A stretch of 64,000 nt of DNA from Selaginella moellendorffii (lineage: Eukaryota; Plantae; Lycopodiophyta): assembly GCF_000143415.4 (NCBI RefSeq), contig NW_003314312.1:439261-503260 (forward strand), read 5' to 3'. Below, in pieces: positions 1 to 12,438 of this stretch. Within the stretch, counting starts at the first letter, position 1. Every line of letters starts with the position of its first letter. The notes below the pieces were generated by a model. That model worked only from the letters and a program-made list of their open reading frames with translations. It was not told where the DNA came from and did no database searches. The position numbers were made by a program, and so were the translations under genes.

Positions 1-73
1 TATCACAGTTGAGTTGGATTCGAGTGGTCATTAAGAAGTCAAGACCAAAAGTTCCAAAGTGCAATGGCTAAAA

Positions 74-1068
74 GGTGAAAGCCCAAAGCGTTTGTCTCCC
101 AGACCCTTAGGGGTTTGGTGAGCTCCAAAAGTATAGTAAGGGGGAGGACTCCAGTGGAGCTAGTTTGGCTAGGAAAGGCTAGTTTGGCCCAGGACGGCTA
201 TACTTAGGTGTTGGGTGATGGGATAACCACTGGGAAGTCCAAGGCTAGAGTGAATACGGACCAACAAGTGAGGTAACTTGGTGAAGTATTCAAGAGCATC
301 CTCTAGTTCCCCTAGAAGATCGAATGGTCGATGCTCCCAGTCCAAGTGTGGGTGGCACTACCTACTTGGATACCTGGTGTGGCTCAACAGAACCTCACTC
401 TAAACCCATGGGTAGAGCACCAAAAGGCGGAAGATGGGGAGAGTACCCATGAGGCTTGCGTAAGGCCACGGTGTTCCGAAATGTTGTCCCACAGTCTCAA
501 ACTATGAAAAAAAAGAGGAGCAATCCTCTAGTGCAGTGACCAAGGATATGGTCACATGGTGAGGAAGTCCCATAGGATAGTGGGACTTAGAAGTCGGGCC
601 TGTGGGCCTTGATCTAGTGGCAGTATTGGCGAACACAGCTATGGACAGAAAGGGACTTGGTGGGGACCTGAAAAGAGATATTGGGGAAGGCTATTCCTCA
701 TGTCTATGGGCATCCTAAGGATGCTAAGGAGTGGATCTGGGATGATCACTCATGGATGGATGGCCTAGTCTTTGAGAGACGAGACTGTGATGCAGGTGGT
801 GTCGGACCACCAGTGTAACCAAGGTAAATGGGCATGGCCTTAGCGTAATAGGCTGAGAGGTCGATGGTACATTGGGATGTCAATCATGGGATCAGACACG
901 TGGAGCACTTGGACCAAGTGCAAAGGTTGAGTGGCATAGATGCCATTCTCAGGGCTAGCAAACCCCAAGTCTTGAATGGGACTTATGGAGGTTGTGAATG
1001 AGACTCCTCCAAGTGGTCAGAGGTGTGGTTAAGTGACTAAAGTAGAATGGAAAAATTAATCGCTTACA
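74..1068 (+). mobile_element. LTR fragment (family A), 5'-truncated
   Basis: Aligns by eye with 3367-4343 and, in its 3' part, 25904-26523; all end ...AAATTA(A/G)TC(G/A)CTTACA. Start approximate. Confidence 0.75.
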
Positions 1069-2705
1069 TTATTCCAATGGTTCCGTGTGTTGTTCCATGT
1101 ACCGTAGGTGAAAGTAAACTTTCCCTGGGTTTGCAATGAGTGGCAAATAGGCTGGTCCATAGCTATTTAGCACGGCACTAGTGGATCCTTCCTAGGCATG
1201 ATTATAAGTGTATCAATCAAGACTATAGGGATGAGTCTATTAATTCAAGTAGTCATTACCGTGCTCTCTCATAAACTTTTCGTGGATTAGACTGAAGGCA
1301 ATATGAATGCAAGCTTGAGGTTTACTCAAAGTAGAGACCGAAAAGAGAGTCATCGGGGACAAAGGATCAAACACGTAAATCATTTTCTCTCCTTGGAGAT
1401 ATGATTTGCAACGAAGTGTGACTCATTGCTCGTGTTCACATTATGCAATCAAAAGTCCCTATCTTGATGCATGTTGGTTATGATGGTCTTACAAATGGTG
1501 AGTTATGGGATAGATAGCGGTAAAGTGCTAAACCATCTTGTCTATGCTTGCTATTGAAGACTTGAGTTGCAATGCTCAATTCTTTTCTGGGGAACCTTGC
1601 TATTGCTCCTTGAATAGCTTGGTGTTTGATTAGTTTTGAGTTTGGTAAAAAAGAGAGTGGCATGAGCTTGTCCGTGTTGTGAACAAAAGTTAGTGGTGTT
1701 AGGTGTTGTAAATCTCTATTGATGGGGTGTAGCATTTATGTTGCATTTTGTTGAATCGAGTTGGCACTTGATAATCACATAAACCTTTAAAGTAATGACA
1801 TGGGTATTGCTTTTAGTGTTGCTCAATTGATGATCAAGTCATTATGATTTCTATATCATATCCATGTGATAGTGAGCAATGTGTTTACGAAGTTGCTTAG
1901 TTAAATGATGATCAACCCTAAAGTGGTTGATGGTGAAGCTAGTCTATTTGCACAAAGTAGCATTATAGTAGCTTTGACTAGATTCTCGAATGGTGATCCA
2001 TTATGCTAAGCTTAAGTTGGTATCTTATTTTCTCGAGGGTTTGCCCATAAAGTGTTAGAAAAAGGTTGTAGCATTCACTTGCTATAGCTTGTCAATTGAT
2101 CCGTTAGCACTTGAAGTAGATTGTTAGATGGAGAAAATGTATAGTTGAGGCATTGACATTACTAGCACTTTTGTTAGTGGAAGTGGCATTGTTATTTCGA
2201 GTGAAGAGGGATTTTTCTTTAAACCTTGATTTTTCATGTCATTTTTTTTTTTAAAGTGTTTTAGCTTCATATTGGATCTTGAAGGTGGTTGAAGAAGAGC
2301 GTTAGTGCAATGTGAATATCCGAAGATTGTGGTCTTCGTGGTCAAGCCTTGGATGCTCATTTTGCATTTTGTGGATGTCAGTGTTAGATGTCGAATATAT
2401 GGGCAAAGTGTTCGAGGCTAAAGCATACTATGGGTCATGAGAATTTGTGTTAAGGTGAACCTATGTGAAGTTGTAGGTAGGAGGAAGTTGGTTGAGTTTT
2501 GAAAATTTCTATTTCTGGACAGAGAGTCATTCTTTCTTTAAGATGGAAAATTTTCTACAAATTTTCTTAGACTTTTTTAATGGCTGATCTGTTAATCATT
2601 TTGCTCGAAAACCATTCCATTCTCGTAAGCCAGTACAAACTAGTGAAGGGGTTAGAGTTGACTTAGGTTAGCTTAGACCTTGGTCGGTAGTTTGTATGAT
2701 GCATC

Positions 2706-4343
2706 TGTGAGACATAAAATCCCTAGGCCCCAAAGTGGAGCCGGAAAGGTGCCACGTGGTAGTGGCCAAAGCGAAAACCAAATGAGCATAACATGTTTGA
2801 ACTAAAAGCTCCTACTTGAAGGGTCGAGAACAGAAGTGGAACTCCTAACGAAATGCTCAAGGAACAAGCACGGAGCAAGCAATAAGTGAGTCTCTAGAAA
2901 AGGGACACAAAAGGACCAACATATGACACATGGAAGTGTCTGAGATGGACCCGAGATGGAGTCCGAGATGGAGTCTGAGATGGAGTCCAAGATGGAGTCC
3001 GAGATGGAGTCCAAGATGGACCTGAGATGGAGTCCAAGATGGAGTTCGAGATGGACCCAAGATGGAGTCCGAGATGGAGTCTGAGATGGACCTGAGATGG
3101 AGTCTGAGATGGACCAGAGATGGAGTCTGAGATGGAGTCCGAGATGCACCCAAGATGGAATACGAGATGGAGTCTGAGAAGGACCCGAGATGGAGTTCGA
3201 GGTCGAGACCGAAACCGGGACCAAGACCGAGACCGAGACTGAGACCGAGATCAGGACCGAGACCGAGGCCGAGGCCGAGCCTGAGACCGAGCCTGAGCCC
3301 GAGTCCGAGTCCGAGTCCGAGTCCGAGTCTGAGTCCGAACTCGAGTCCGAGTTCGAGTCTGAGAGGGTGAAAGCCCAAAGCGTTCGTCTCCCTAGGTGAG
3401 CTCCAAAAGTATAGTGAAGGGGAGGACTGTAATGGAGCCAGTTTGGCCAGAAAAGGCCAGTTTGGCCCAGGAAGGCTGTACCCAGTGTTGGGTGATGAGC
3501 TGCCCACTAGGAAGTCCAAGACTAGAGTGAACACGAACCGACAAGTGGAGTAGTGGTGAAGTGTTCAAGAGCCAACTCTAGTTCCCCCAGGAGATCGACT
3601 GGCCGATGCTCCTAGTCCAAGTGTGGGTGGCACTACCTACTTGGATACCTGGCGTGGCTCAACGGAACCTCACTCTAAGCCCATGGCTAGAGCATCTAAA
3701 GGCAGAAGGCGGGGAGAGTACCCATGAGGCCCGCGTAGGGCCACGGTGTTCCGAAATGTTGTCCTAAAGTCCCAGACTATGGAAAGGAAGAGGAGTAACC
3801 CTCTGGTGTGGTGACCAAGGACACAGTCGCACAGTGAGGCAGTCCCAAAGGCTAGTGGACTTAGCAGTCAGGCCTGTGGGCCTTGATCTTGTGGCAGTAT
3901 TGGCAAACACGGCTATGGACGGAAAGGGACTGAGTGGGGACCGGAAAAAAGATATTGGGGAAGGCTATTCCCCATGTCTACGGGCATCCTAAGGATGCTA
4001 AGGAGTGGATCTGGGATGATCACTCAATGAATGGATGACCCAATCTTTGAGAGACGGGATTGTAAAGCAGGTGTTGTTGGACCACCAGTATGACCAAGGT
4101 AAATGGGCATGGCCTTAGCGTAACGGGTTGATATGTCAGTGGTACCTTGGGGTGTCGATCATGGGATCGGACACGTGGAGCACTTGGACCAAGTGCTAAG
4201 GTTGAGTGGCATGGATGCCATTCTCGGGGCTATCACGCCCCAAGTCTTGAATTAGACTTATGGAGGTCATGAAAAAGACTCCTCCAAGTGGTCAGAGATG
4301 TGGTTAAGTGACTAAAGTAGAATGGAAAAATTAGTCACTTACA
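2706..4343 (+). mobile_element. Putative 5' LTR (family A) followed by a tRNA-Met-type PBS
   Basis: Ends in CA at 4343, followed by TGGTATC at 4347-4353. The TG start at 2706 is a guess. Confidence 0.7.
2941..3365. repeat. Minisatellite inside the LTR: 12-bp GAGATGGAGTCC units grading into 6-bp GAGACC/GAGTCC units
   Basis: Directly visible; explains the low-complexity ORFs at 2802-3534. Confidence 0.95.
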
Positions 4344-6204
4344 ACTTGGTATCGGCGTTGTTCCTTAGTCCGACTCTTATTGGTGGCCAAGTATATCACC
4401 ACTTGGATTGGAATTGGAAGGTCCTAGGTATGGACCTATCCTCGAGGAGTAGCATGTCGGGAGGATATGGCTCTCCACTCAAGTTTATGCGTGAATTTGT
4501 GCGCAATGTGGTGGATGGAAAAGGGCCAGTAAGGGAACGACTTTGGGATCTTGGGAACAGTATAAGGTTTTCCTCAAAGGGTTGAGGATGTGGTCCGGAT
4601 GAGCATTTGACTTAGCAAACTGGTTAATATAGTTGTGGTAAACAACTATAGTAGGGATCACATGAAAGATACAGATTGCAAAACAATAAAGGAGTCACAA
4701 GATTACCCTCATATAGTTAATGCTAGTGCTCATAAATTTGAGACCGGAATTGATGACCGTAGGAGGTCAAATATGGAAGAGGATGCAAGTCTGTGAAATG
4801 GTAGTCGGGGCTACCTCTAATAAATGCTGGAACAACCCAAGGAGTTCGGGGTGTACTTAGAGGATGAGTTGGTATTTTCATCACATGGACAAGTGGTCAT
4901 AAGGGGCAAAAGGTTACCCCTAAAGGACAAAATCAAGTGTCAGAGTAATACTTGCAAAGATGGTCCTTGTGAGTAGGATATGAATAGAAGGAGTTGTATT
5001 CTAGTGTGCTGGCACCTTAAGAGTAAGACCTCATAGGTTGTCGGATTAGCAAGTCCAAAAAACAAGATAACTCCAATCGAGTCAAGGAATAATCCCAAGG
5101 GATTGATGGAAGCATTTGGATTGAGGTGTGTGGTGCCCCACAAAAGATGGGGAGGATCTTAAGATCCAAGTATGAGAACAATAGGTATCTCATTGGTGGC
5201 AAAATGTGCCATGCTAAAGTTGTGGGAAAGAGTTTCCTAGAAGAACACAACTTTGGCTAAAAGTTGTGTGTGAACTGTATGGTGTAGTGCTAATGGATAG
5301 TTGGCATAAGAGACAACCGTAGTGGTCTTGGCAAAAGACCTAGACACAAGTAAGAAGTGTCATAAAGGTAGGCTCATTGAGCCGATGGTGTAGAGACACC
5401 AAACATACCAAGGCGTATTGCCTTGAGGTCATGTTGACGGTTCGTAAGAACCCCTTCTAAAGGAATCCCAATAGAAATGGGAATGGCATAGCATAAGCTG
5501 GAAGGCATGTGGTTAGAGTGTGGTGACCTAGATAATGATAGAGGTGTGGAAGCACCAGCAATGAGTTGTAGGACTTGACAACTATGAGGCAACTAAGCAA
5601 AAAATGCAAAATAATTAGTTAAACTAGTAGACGGTAACTAACTTCTTATTGGGATAAAGAAGTTAGATATACCCTTATGAAGGATAAATTGCTTATGTTG
5701 CGAGATATTAAATCAATGTCGTAAAGGGAATGCTCATTGCCAAAGAGGCCATCATTGGGACACCCAAACACTCTAGAACACCAAGAGGTGGTGTTTGGGA
5801 TCATGAGGGCAATGGATAATGCCCAAGGGATAAGTCCCTAGCAAATGATGGATAGAAGGTGCTATCCAAATGTCCAAGGTTGCGGAGACGAGAGAAGTCC
5901 GTCTACCCAAATTAGACAAAGCCAAAAAAGAATTTTGGCAAGGCTAGTGATGGGCATATAAAGTCCCATAAGTAGCAACAGTGATCCCAATATGTGGGAT
6001 TACAAGGTGAGCAAACCCGGATTGAGGAACCACTCCCTAGGCTGTAGGGTAGGTTCATCCCTATGAATACTTGCCAAAAGCATGGTAGAAAGTGCAAAGT
6101 TATCTTCTTAACCTGGAGGAGAATGACCGAAGGAAATGTATAAGGCCAAAAAGCAAGTAGTAAAGGATAGAACCGGACCATAGGAATTGATAGGCATAAC
6201 CAAG

Positions 6205-6790
6205 AGACCAATCTAACTATCTGCACAAGAGCCGTCTCATATCCAACATGCGTTGCGCGGACATGTAACACTCCGTTTTCGTTCATAGTCCCACCAATGA
6301 CTTTGTCACCACTTCGTTTTGCGACTGGCCGAGCTTCACCAGTGATCATGCTCTCGGTCACATGACTCTGTCCCCAAATCACCTCTCCATCAGTTGGCAC
6401 CTTGGAACCAAGCAAAACTTTGATGACATCATTCCGTTGTACGAGCTGCGTAATGATTTCTCGCTCGAAAGTAATTTTCCCTTCTCGTCCAGTGTCAGGA
6501 GAATGGCCGTATCAGGCGTGAGATTCATAAGCTTCGCGATGGATTCAGACGTTTTCCCTTTGGCCAGAACCTCCAGGAACTTCCCCAGTGGAATAAACGA
6601 TATGAGAATTGAACTCGTCTTGAAAAGTCTGTCCCTTCAAACGAGTCGTCGCAGATCTTAAAGCGGAGTAGACAGAGTAGAAGTCCGCAGCATTTGTCCC
6701 GAGAGCTATGAGAACGTCAATGTTGGCTGAACCATGGTGTAGAGCATTGTAAGCCACCCGATGACGAACTGAACAGGCGTAGACAAACTC
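6205..6790 (-). pseudogene. Captured fragment of a Cu-transporting P1B-ATPase (HMA5/RAN1-like), frameshifted
   Basis: Peptides GSANIDVLIALGTNAA, LGKFLEVLAKGKTSESIAKLMNLTPDTA and GQSHVTESMITGEARPVAKRSGDKVIGGTMNENG...LVQIVRLV (TGE actuator motif), spread over several frames. Confidence 0.85.
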
Positions 6791-7234
6791 CATCTCAGTA
6801 TCTCGGTGAGCATGGTTATGCAAGTTGGGAGTGGAGAATTAAGTGGGTGCTCAAGCATGTTGTTGCTAGCGATCGGGATGCCATGGATAGTCTAAAACAT
6901 GGGATAGTCCATGTTAGACTATATGGCTATTGAAAAGCTTGCGAAAGGAGAGACTTTAGCAAGCTAAGGAACAGAGTTCCTTGAACGTTCCCCTAGGTAG
7001 ATAAGTACCTAGACATCCAAGTGTAAATGGTTTATAGAGCACGCGAAATCAGAGTGGCGTAGCAAGAGCGTGGTCTTGAAGCTTGCCATGAGGTGAGGCT
7101 ATCAAGGTTAGGGAAGTAATTCCCAAGTGTTCAAAGAGAGGGCTTTGAACGAAAGTCGATGGTTAAGGACTTTCACGCTTATGCATGAACCATGTTACGG
7201 TGGCCGGATGACTTGCTAAGTGAGATTGGCAAGT

Positions 7235-7258
7235 AAGCTCTATTTCGTTAAAGTGGGA
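7235..7258 (+). repeat. Left TIR AAGCTCTATTTCGTTAAAGTGGGA
   Basis: Exact reverse complement of 16772-16795 and 25880-25903. Confidence 0.95.
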
Positions 7259-7923
7259 TTTATTCAGTAAAATGGGACTAGGTACAAATTTTCAAGTATT
7301 TGAAAATGACGTGAAATTATATGTTTTTTGTCCAGGGGCTAGACATATCTGGGGCATGGTGACTAGCGCGGTGACTTTGTGTCCAGACTGAGTCCATCTG
7401 GTTGTATAATAAATCTCATTGTCAAGGTGAACAAGCCGAATCTGAAGCTAAAGAAGAGCGATGGCATGCGCGCACACACTATTTGTTTGTTCATTGAGCG
7501 TGTGGTGAGCTTTCCAAGATGAATGTCATTCCTATTAGCCAGACATATAACTTAATGGTGAGAACATTTAGATATTATTCAATGTTATCTTTTTCTAACG
7601 AATCTAATTGTGAAGGTGTAGCAAGAGGCATTGCTAGTCTGGAGAAGTCATTTAACTCATTTGACCCTTAGTGTATTTTCATGAAACTAAATAACTTTCA
7701 TATTATTAAGGAATTTCTCTAGTACCTTTTTTTTACGACATAGAGGCTTGCATTTCTTTCAAAGGTGATTTAGTAAAAGGCCTGAGGGCACATGCCATTC
7801 TATTTCTCAGACCGGTATTAAGATATACTAGTGCAAAGGGCCACATGCCATCACGCCTCCTCTGATTCAGATTCGGATTGTTCACCTTGAAATAAAATAC
7901 ATTAGAAACTTAGTAAAGGAATA

Positions 7924-10900
7924 TTAATGAATCTTACCTTGAACCCGGGTTATGAATGCTCTTGCTGCATCTCTTGCATGGTCTGGCAAGGTGATGGTGG
8001 CACTCTGCTTCTGCATCCAACCATGCACAACATTATCCACCGATATGCTCATGCTGGGATCCCTTGGATTTAGCACCCATCTCTTTTCTAGGCAATCCTT
8101 CGTATATCCGGAACTTGGCTTGAACCACTCCACAGTTACATTGAAGGAGTTAGTTTCCGCGTCCTCCTCTGCATCAATGATGCAGCGCCCCACCCATATT
8201 ATTTGTTTTTTATTACTGGGTCTGACAAGCACAACCATTCCTTTGCAGACCTATACTGGATTGAATGCTGAATCCGGCTTCTTGTTCCTCGGCCCGCAAT
8301 AGTGATCCTCAACATCGTTATCTGTCACTGCATTTCCAGAGGACATTGTTCCGCTACTATCTGGTGCTCTGGGTTCTGGCCAAAAGGACTCTTTCAATTC
8401 TTCATATACAACCGGCCCATTTTGGATAGCAGATATAATCTTCTCCCAGTATTCGAGCAAAGGCTTGCACCTCTGAAAATAGGATTCTCCACCAAACACC
8501 AACCCCCTCTTCCAGAAGGCAATATGCTATCTAATCCCGGCCACTATACTTTCCTGGTCTTTGAGTCCATCCGGGTGCATCGGCCGTGGGGAACCCTGAG
8601 GAATCATAGGTTCCCCAATTATGGGATCTCTCTTGAAGAGTTCAATGCCGTCCACTGGCAGCCACACTGTGTCCCATTCTCTCATCTTGTACCTCATCAC
8701 TAGAGCACCGTCACGCATGCTGAAATGAAACTGAAGAGGCTTGGAGTGGCCAATCAGCGTTTCGGATCCATCCCTGATGTAGCCTCTTACAAACCCCTTA
8801 AAGTCTGGAACCTCTGTCACAAGTGCAACTTCAACAGTGCCTTTGATGCAATTTTGGAATTCATCGTAGAGTTGTGGGAGGGTGAGGACATTGGATCGCC
8901 GGAGGGACTCTACCAAGTGACTGAACATGGCATCGACGTCTTCATGAGTGTGCCCAACCATGAGAAAGCCAAGTGTAACCGTTTCAAATATGCCTTTGGC
9001 AACAAGCATCGCCAAGTACGCGAAGACGTACATGTTTTTGTTCTCACTGCCAGCATTGTCTGTTTGGAGCAGAAGATGGGGTGGAAGGCCACATCGGCCG
9101 CAAGAACTTCCTTGAGATTCTGCTTTGTTTGGATGAGGCTGTGCATTCACCGGGCGACCAGCCTCGTCGAAATGGCATGAGGCCTCACGTGATAACCCTA
9201 CAATCTGACGGCCAACATATTCACTGGGATGGTATGGGGCCCCATGCGATACTGCAAGCCTTTGCTCCTCCTCCAGCTGAACCCTGTATGGGGTTCGATC
9301 GACAAGGGCCTTATGCAAGGGTTGGCTGTTCAGCTCAGTCTGCGCACTTTGCAAAGACCTCAAGTGTTTTGCTAGGGACGCAATCATCATGTTTGCACCC
9401 CCGCCACCCCATAGAGGTACAAAGAAGTTCCCATACTTCTGGGCACCATGCCCATGAGCGATTATACCAAACAGAGACACAGGCAGCTGCATGGATGAAG
9501 AGATTGCCTTGGGGGCAGGATTGAGTCGAGGTAAGCACGTCTTTTTCTGGTCCATTTTGTCGTGGATGATGCAGAGGTAAGAGTCAGGTCTCTCCATGGA
9601 GAGAATCCTGTTATGATAATATGCAGTCCTGCAGCTTCTCTGCTCGATGTTGTGGTCGAGCCGCCTTCTAACCAACGTCTCTCGCTCTTGAGCGCTACAA
9701 GAATTCTTCGACAAAGCCATTTTGATAGTAGTGCACTCGTCACACTTTGAAAAGCTGGAGTACTTTCCTATACTCACATCCCTGAACCTGTTGCTCCACA
9801 ATCTACTAAATCTAGATTGGCTCAGCTTCCTGTAGCCATTACTCTGGAGTTCCCGATTCACATCTTCCAATATGGCCCCCTTGGTATACATGGAAGGGAG
9901 AACTCGTTGGGTGTCTCGTGTTCCATCTTCCAAGAGGCGGGTTTTATGTGGTTGCTGCTCGCTACATGTCTCGACAAACCTCTTGAAGATTGCCTCTCCA
10001 TATACAACATGACCCCTGGTTTTGTGCGTACCGTCGTTCCCATGGACTGCCTGTTGAACCCTTTGTTCCTCGAACTCAGTTTTGATTCTGTAGAATGTGC
10101 TTCGAGGGACTCCATAAATGATTCTCCATGCCTTCATGCAAACCAAACCCCTCTGGAAGACCATGCCCCCCACCTGATGTTCTGAAGCATCAACAAATGA
10201 CCGTAATGCCTCATACACAAAATTGCGAGCTGCCTTCCAGGACAATGTCTTGTATCTTGCTCTCTCCTCTTCAATAGCATCCCAATAAGCATGTTGACAG
10301 CACCTCCTCTTGCAACAAGCAATTGTCGAGACCATTCGAACCTCCATCGCCATTTTCTGCCTTTTCGGTTCGTTGCTCAGATCCCTTTGGCTGCGCTATA
10401 GGAAGGTGTACTTTCTTTTCCCATGAAGAGATGTTCTGTCATCAGTTGTAGTGGTGTTTGATTGTGAATCCTTCACATTCTCAAACACTAAATGCCTCAA
10501 TTTCCACCGCATAATGCTTCCAATAGTCAGACTGTTTTCTTCTGTGTCAACAACCTCTAAAATCGCAACTCCAATATCATCCCAGCCCAATTCTTGATTA
10601 GCAACCGCATCTCTTGGATCGACAACTGTGGCTAAGCCCTCAGCTACCACCTCCCCCTCGGGGTTGTTTAGAAACACCTTTGCCTGAATCCATGTAGCAC
10701 GGTTCTTAAGATCCACGGAGGGAACATGCGTCGCACTTGCGCTGTCCCCAACATCTGCTTTCTTCTGCAGATTTTTCAAGGCAACAACAACATTTACCCC
10801 GACGACCATCTCTCCTCGTTCAATAGCGACCACATTCCCATCGAAGACAGTCTCTACTGATACAGCAGCATTGCCTTCCCCAAGCCTTTGACAGTGTATA

Positions 10901-10992
10901 ACAAAGTTCCAATCCATAGACACAAGGGTCCCTTTTGCAACTCTCTTCCCACCATTCAAAATGTAAACCTTTTCCCCAACCCTGAAGGCCAT
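7924..10992 (-). pseudogene. Sola-like (DUF7869-type) transposase, ~1020 codons in one frame with three TAG stops
   Basis: ORFs 10396-10992, 8527-10353, 8251-8502 and 7924-8238 are in frame. Motifs: CCKRRCC, VCMKAW, FSKCDEC, HDKMDQ, LQTDNAGSENKN, FLMVGHTHEDVDAMFS. A GTAAG donor near 7937 suggests a short terminal exon (GEQSESESEEA*). Confidence 0.85.
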
Positions 10993-11136
10993 TCTGAAAG
11001 TGCAGAAAAGAAGTTAAGACCATACAAAAAATAATTGGAGAATGGCCTAAATCATAACATACCAAATAGCATGAGGCCACATGCCATTATTCAAACATGC
11101 TATTGACACCCACGTGAAATTTCGCATTCACAAAAT

Positions 11137-11450
11137 TGGCATGAGGCCTCATGCCATCTTGATATACACACAGCTGCAGGCAAGTAAAAACATGCATGAC
11201 AATACGCTAGCCATGAAATTGCAAGGGCCCAAGATGGCATGTGGCCTCATGCCATTTCTAAATGTGGTCCTAAACCATTCCATAGGCTAGCAGGGGCCAA
11301 AGATGGCATGAGGCCTCATGCCATCTTGATATACACACAATTGCAGGCAAGTAAAAACATACATGACAATACACTAGCCATGAAATTGCAAGGGCCCAAG
11401 ATGGCATGTGGCCTCATGCCATTTCTAAATGTGGTCCTAAACCATTCCAT
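11137..11450. repeat. Direct duplication with 167-bp period, two palindromes per unit
   Basis: 11137-11283 recurs at 11304-11450. Confidence 0.9.
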
Positions 11451-11514
11451 GGTGAACATACTAGGAAGCACAAGTGCCGAATATCAAGAGGAAGCGGTAG
11501 CCACACCAAAGACA

Positions 11515-11610
11515 GTGCCGCTCGCAACACCGCAACTACTCGTAGTGCCGCTCGCAACACCGCAACTGCTCGTAGCGCCGCTCGCAATGGCGCTCGCAAT
11601 GCCGCAACCG
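11515..11610. repeat. GC-rich 30-bp tandem repeat (GTGCCGCTCGCAACACCGCAACT(A/G)CTCGTA)
   Basis: Two full and further partial units visible. Confidence 0.8.
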
Positions 11611-12413
11611 CTTGTAGACACATAAACCACAGCTCACAACGCCGCTTACACAAGCAGCGCTCACTGCGCTCAGCGGAACCAAGAACACGGCGCACAAAAA
11701 TGATAGACCTAGGAATGAGTTTGAGAATTCAAAAATAACACACGCTTGAACGTCACATCAAATCCTCTGACAAACCAGATCTTATGATTCCTCTGACAAA
11801 TTTCAAACTGAGTAGCTTCTAGACTTTGCTGTCGGAGGTTGAACTTTGTCACATCATGTCCATGCCTCGATCCAGCTGTGCCATGTCAGTGATTCGAACT
11901 TTGCCATGCCATGTCAGCGATCCGCGCCAAGATTATTCGCCGTGTAAAGGAATAATTATGCTGTGTGTGTACGTCCATTTATGGCAATATAAGGCCACAC
12001 GCCATTCAAAGAATAATGCTAGTCGAGCATTTTTTGGTGCATTTTTGGGTTCAAAATTGCATGAGCCCACACGCTATAAAGTTTACCTGTACCAAAAATA
12101 GAAACAGCTTTATTTACTTGGGAATTTAAGTGGTTGAGGCATTTTTAAACTTACAAACACATGCCCTACTTACATTCATTTGGTTGCTTAAAATTCAAAA
12201 ATATTATAAACCTTTCTTTTTGCATTTTCAATGTTTTCAATTATGGTTTTTGATTTTCGCAGGACCAGCCTAGTAATCTATTTGCATCCCGTCATGTTTA
12301 TAGCTAGCTTTCGTTTGTCCCCTTCGCTAGCCTGAGATACATCTGCTCGGCATCTGCTTCTTACAACATTTGCCCAGAAAGGGCATCTTTCTTCACGCAG
12401 CATTTGCCACATG

Positions 12414-12438
12414 TTTAGGGTTAGGGTTTAGGGTTTAG
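12414..12438 (+). repeat. Short interstitial plant telomere-like tract
   Basis: TTTAGGG TTAGGG TTTAGGG TTTAG. Confidence 0.75.

Noticed and set aside
2802-3534. Low-complexity ORFs as proteins
   Set aside because: They are translations of the LTR minisatellite.
8251-10398. Programmed TAG readthrough or RNA editing of the transposase
   Set aside because: No shared readthrough context, and CAG-to-TAG decay is demonstrable between the copies, so mutation is simpler.
11066-11422. Palindrome cluster as a CRISPR array
   Set aside because: Spacing is irregular, the intervening sequence is duplicated rather than unique, there are no cas genes, and the context is eukaryotic.
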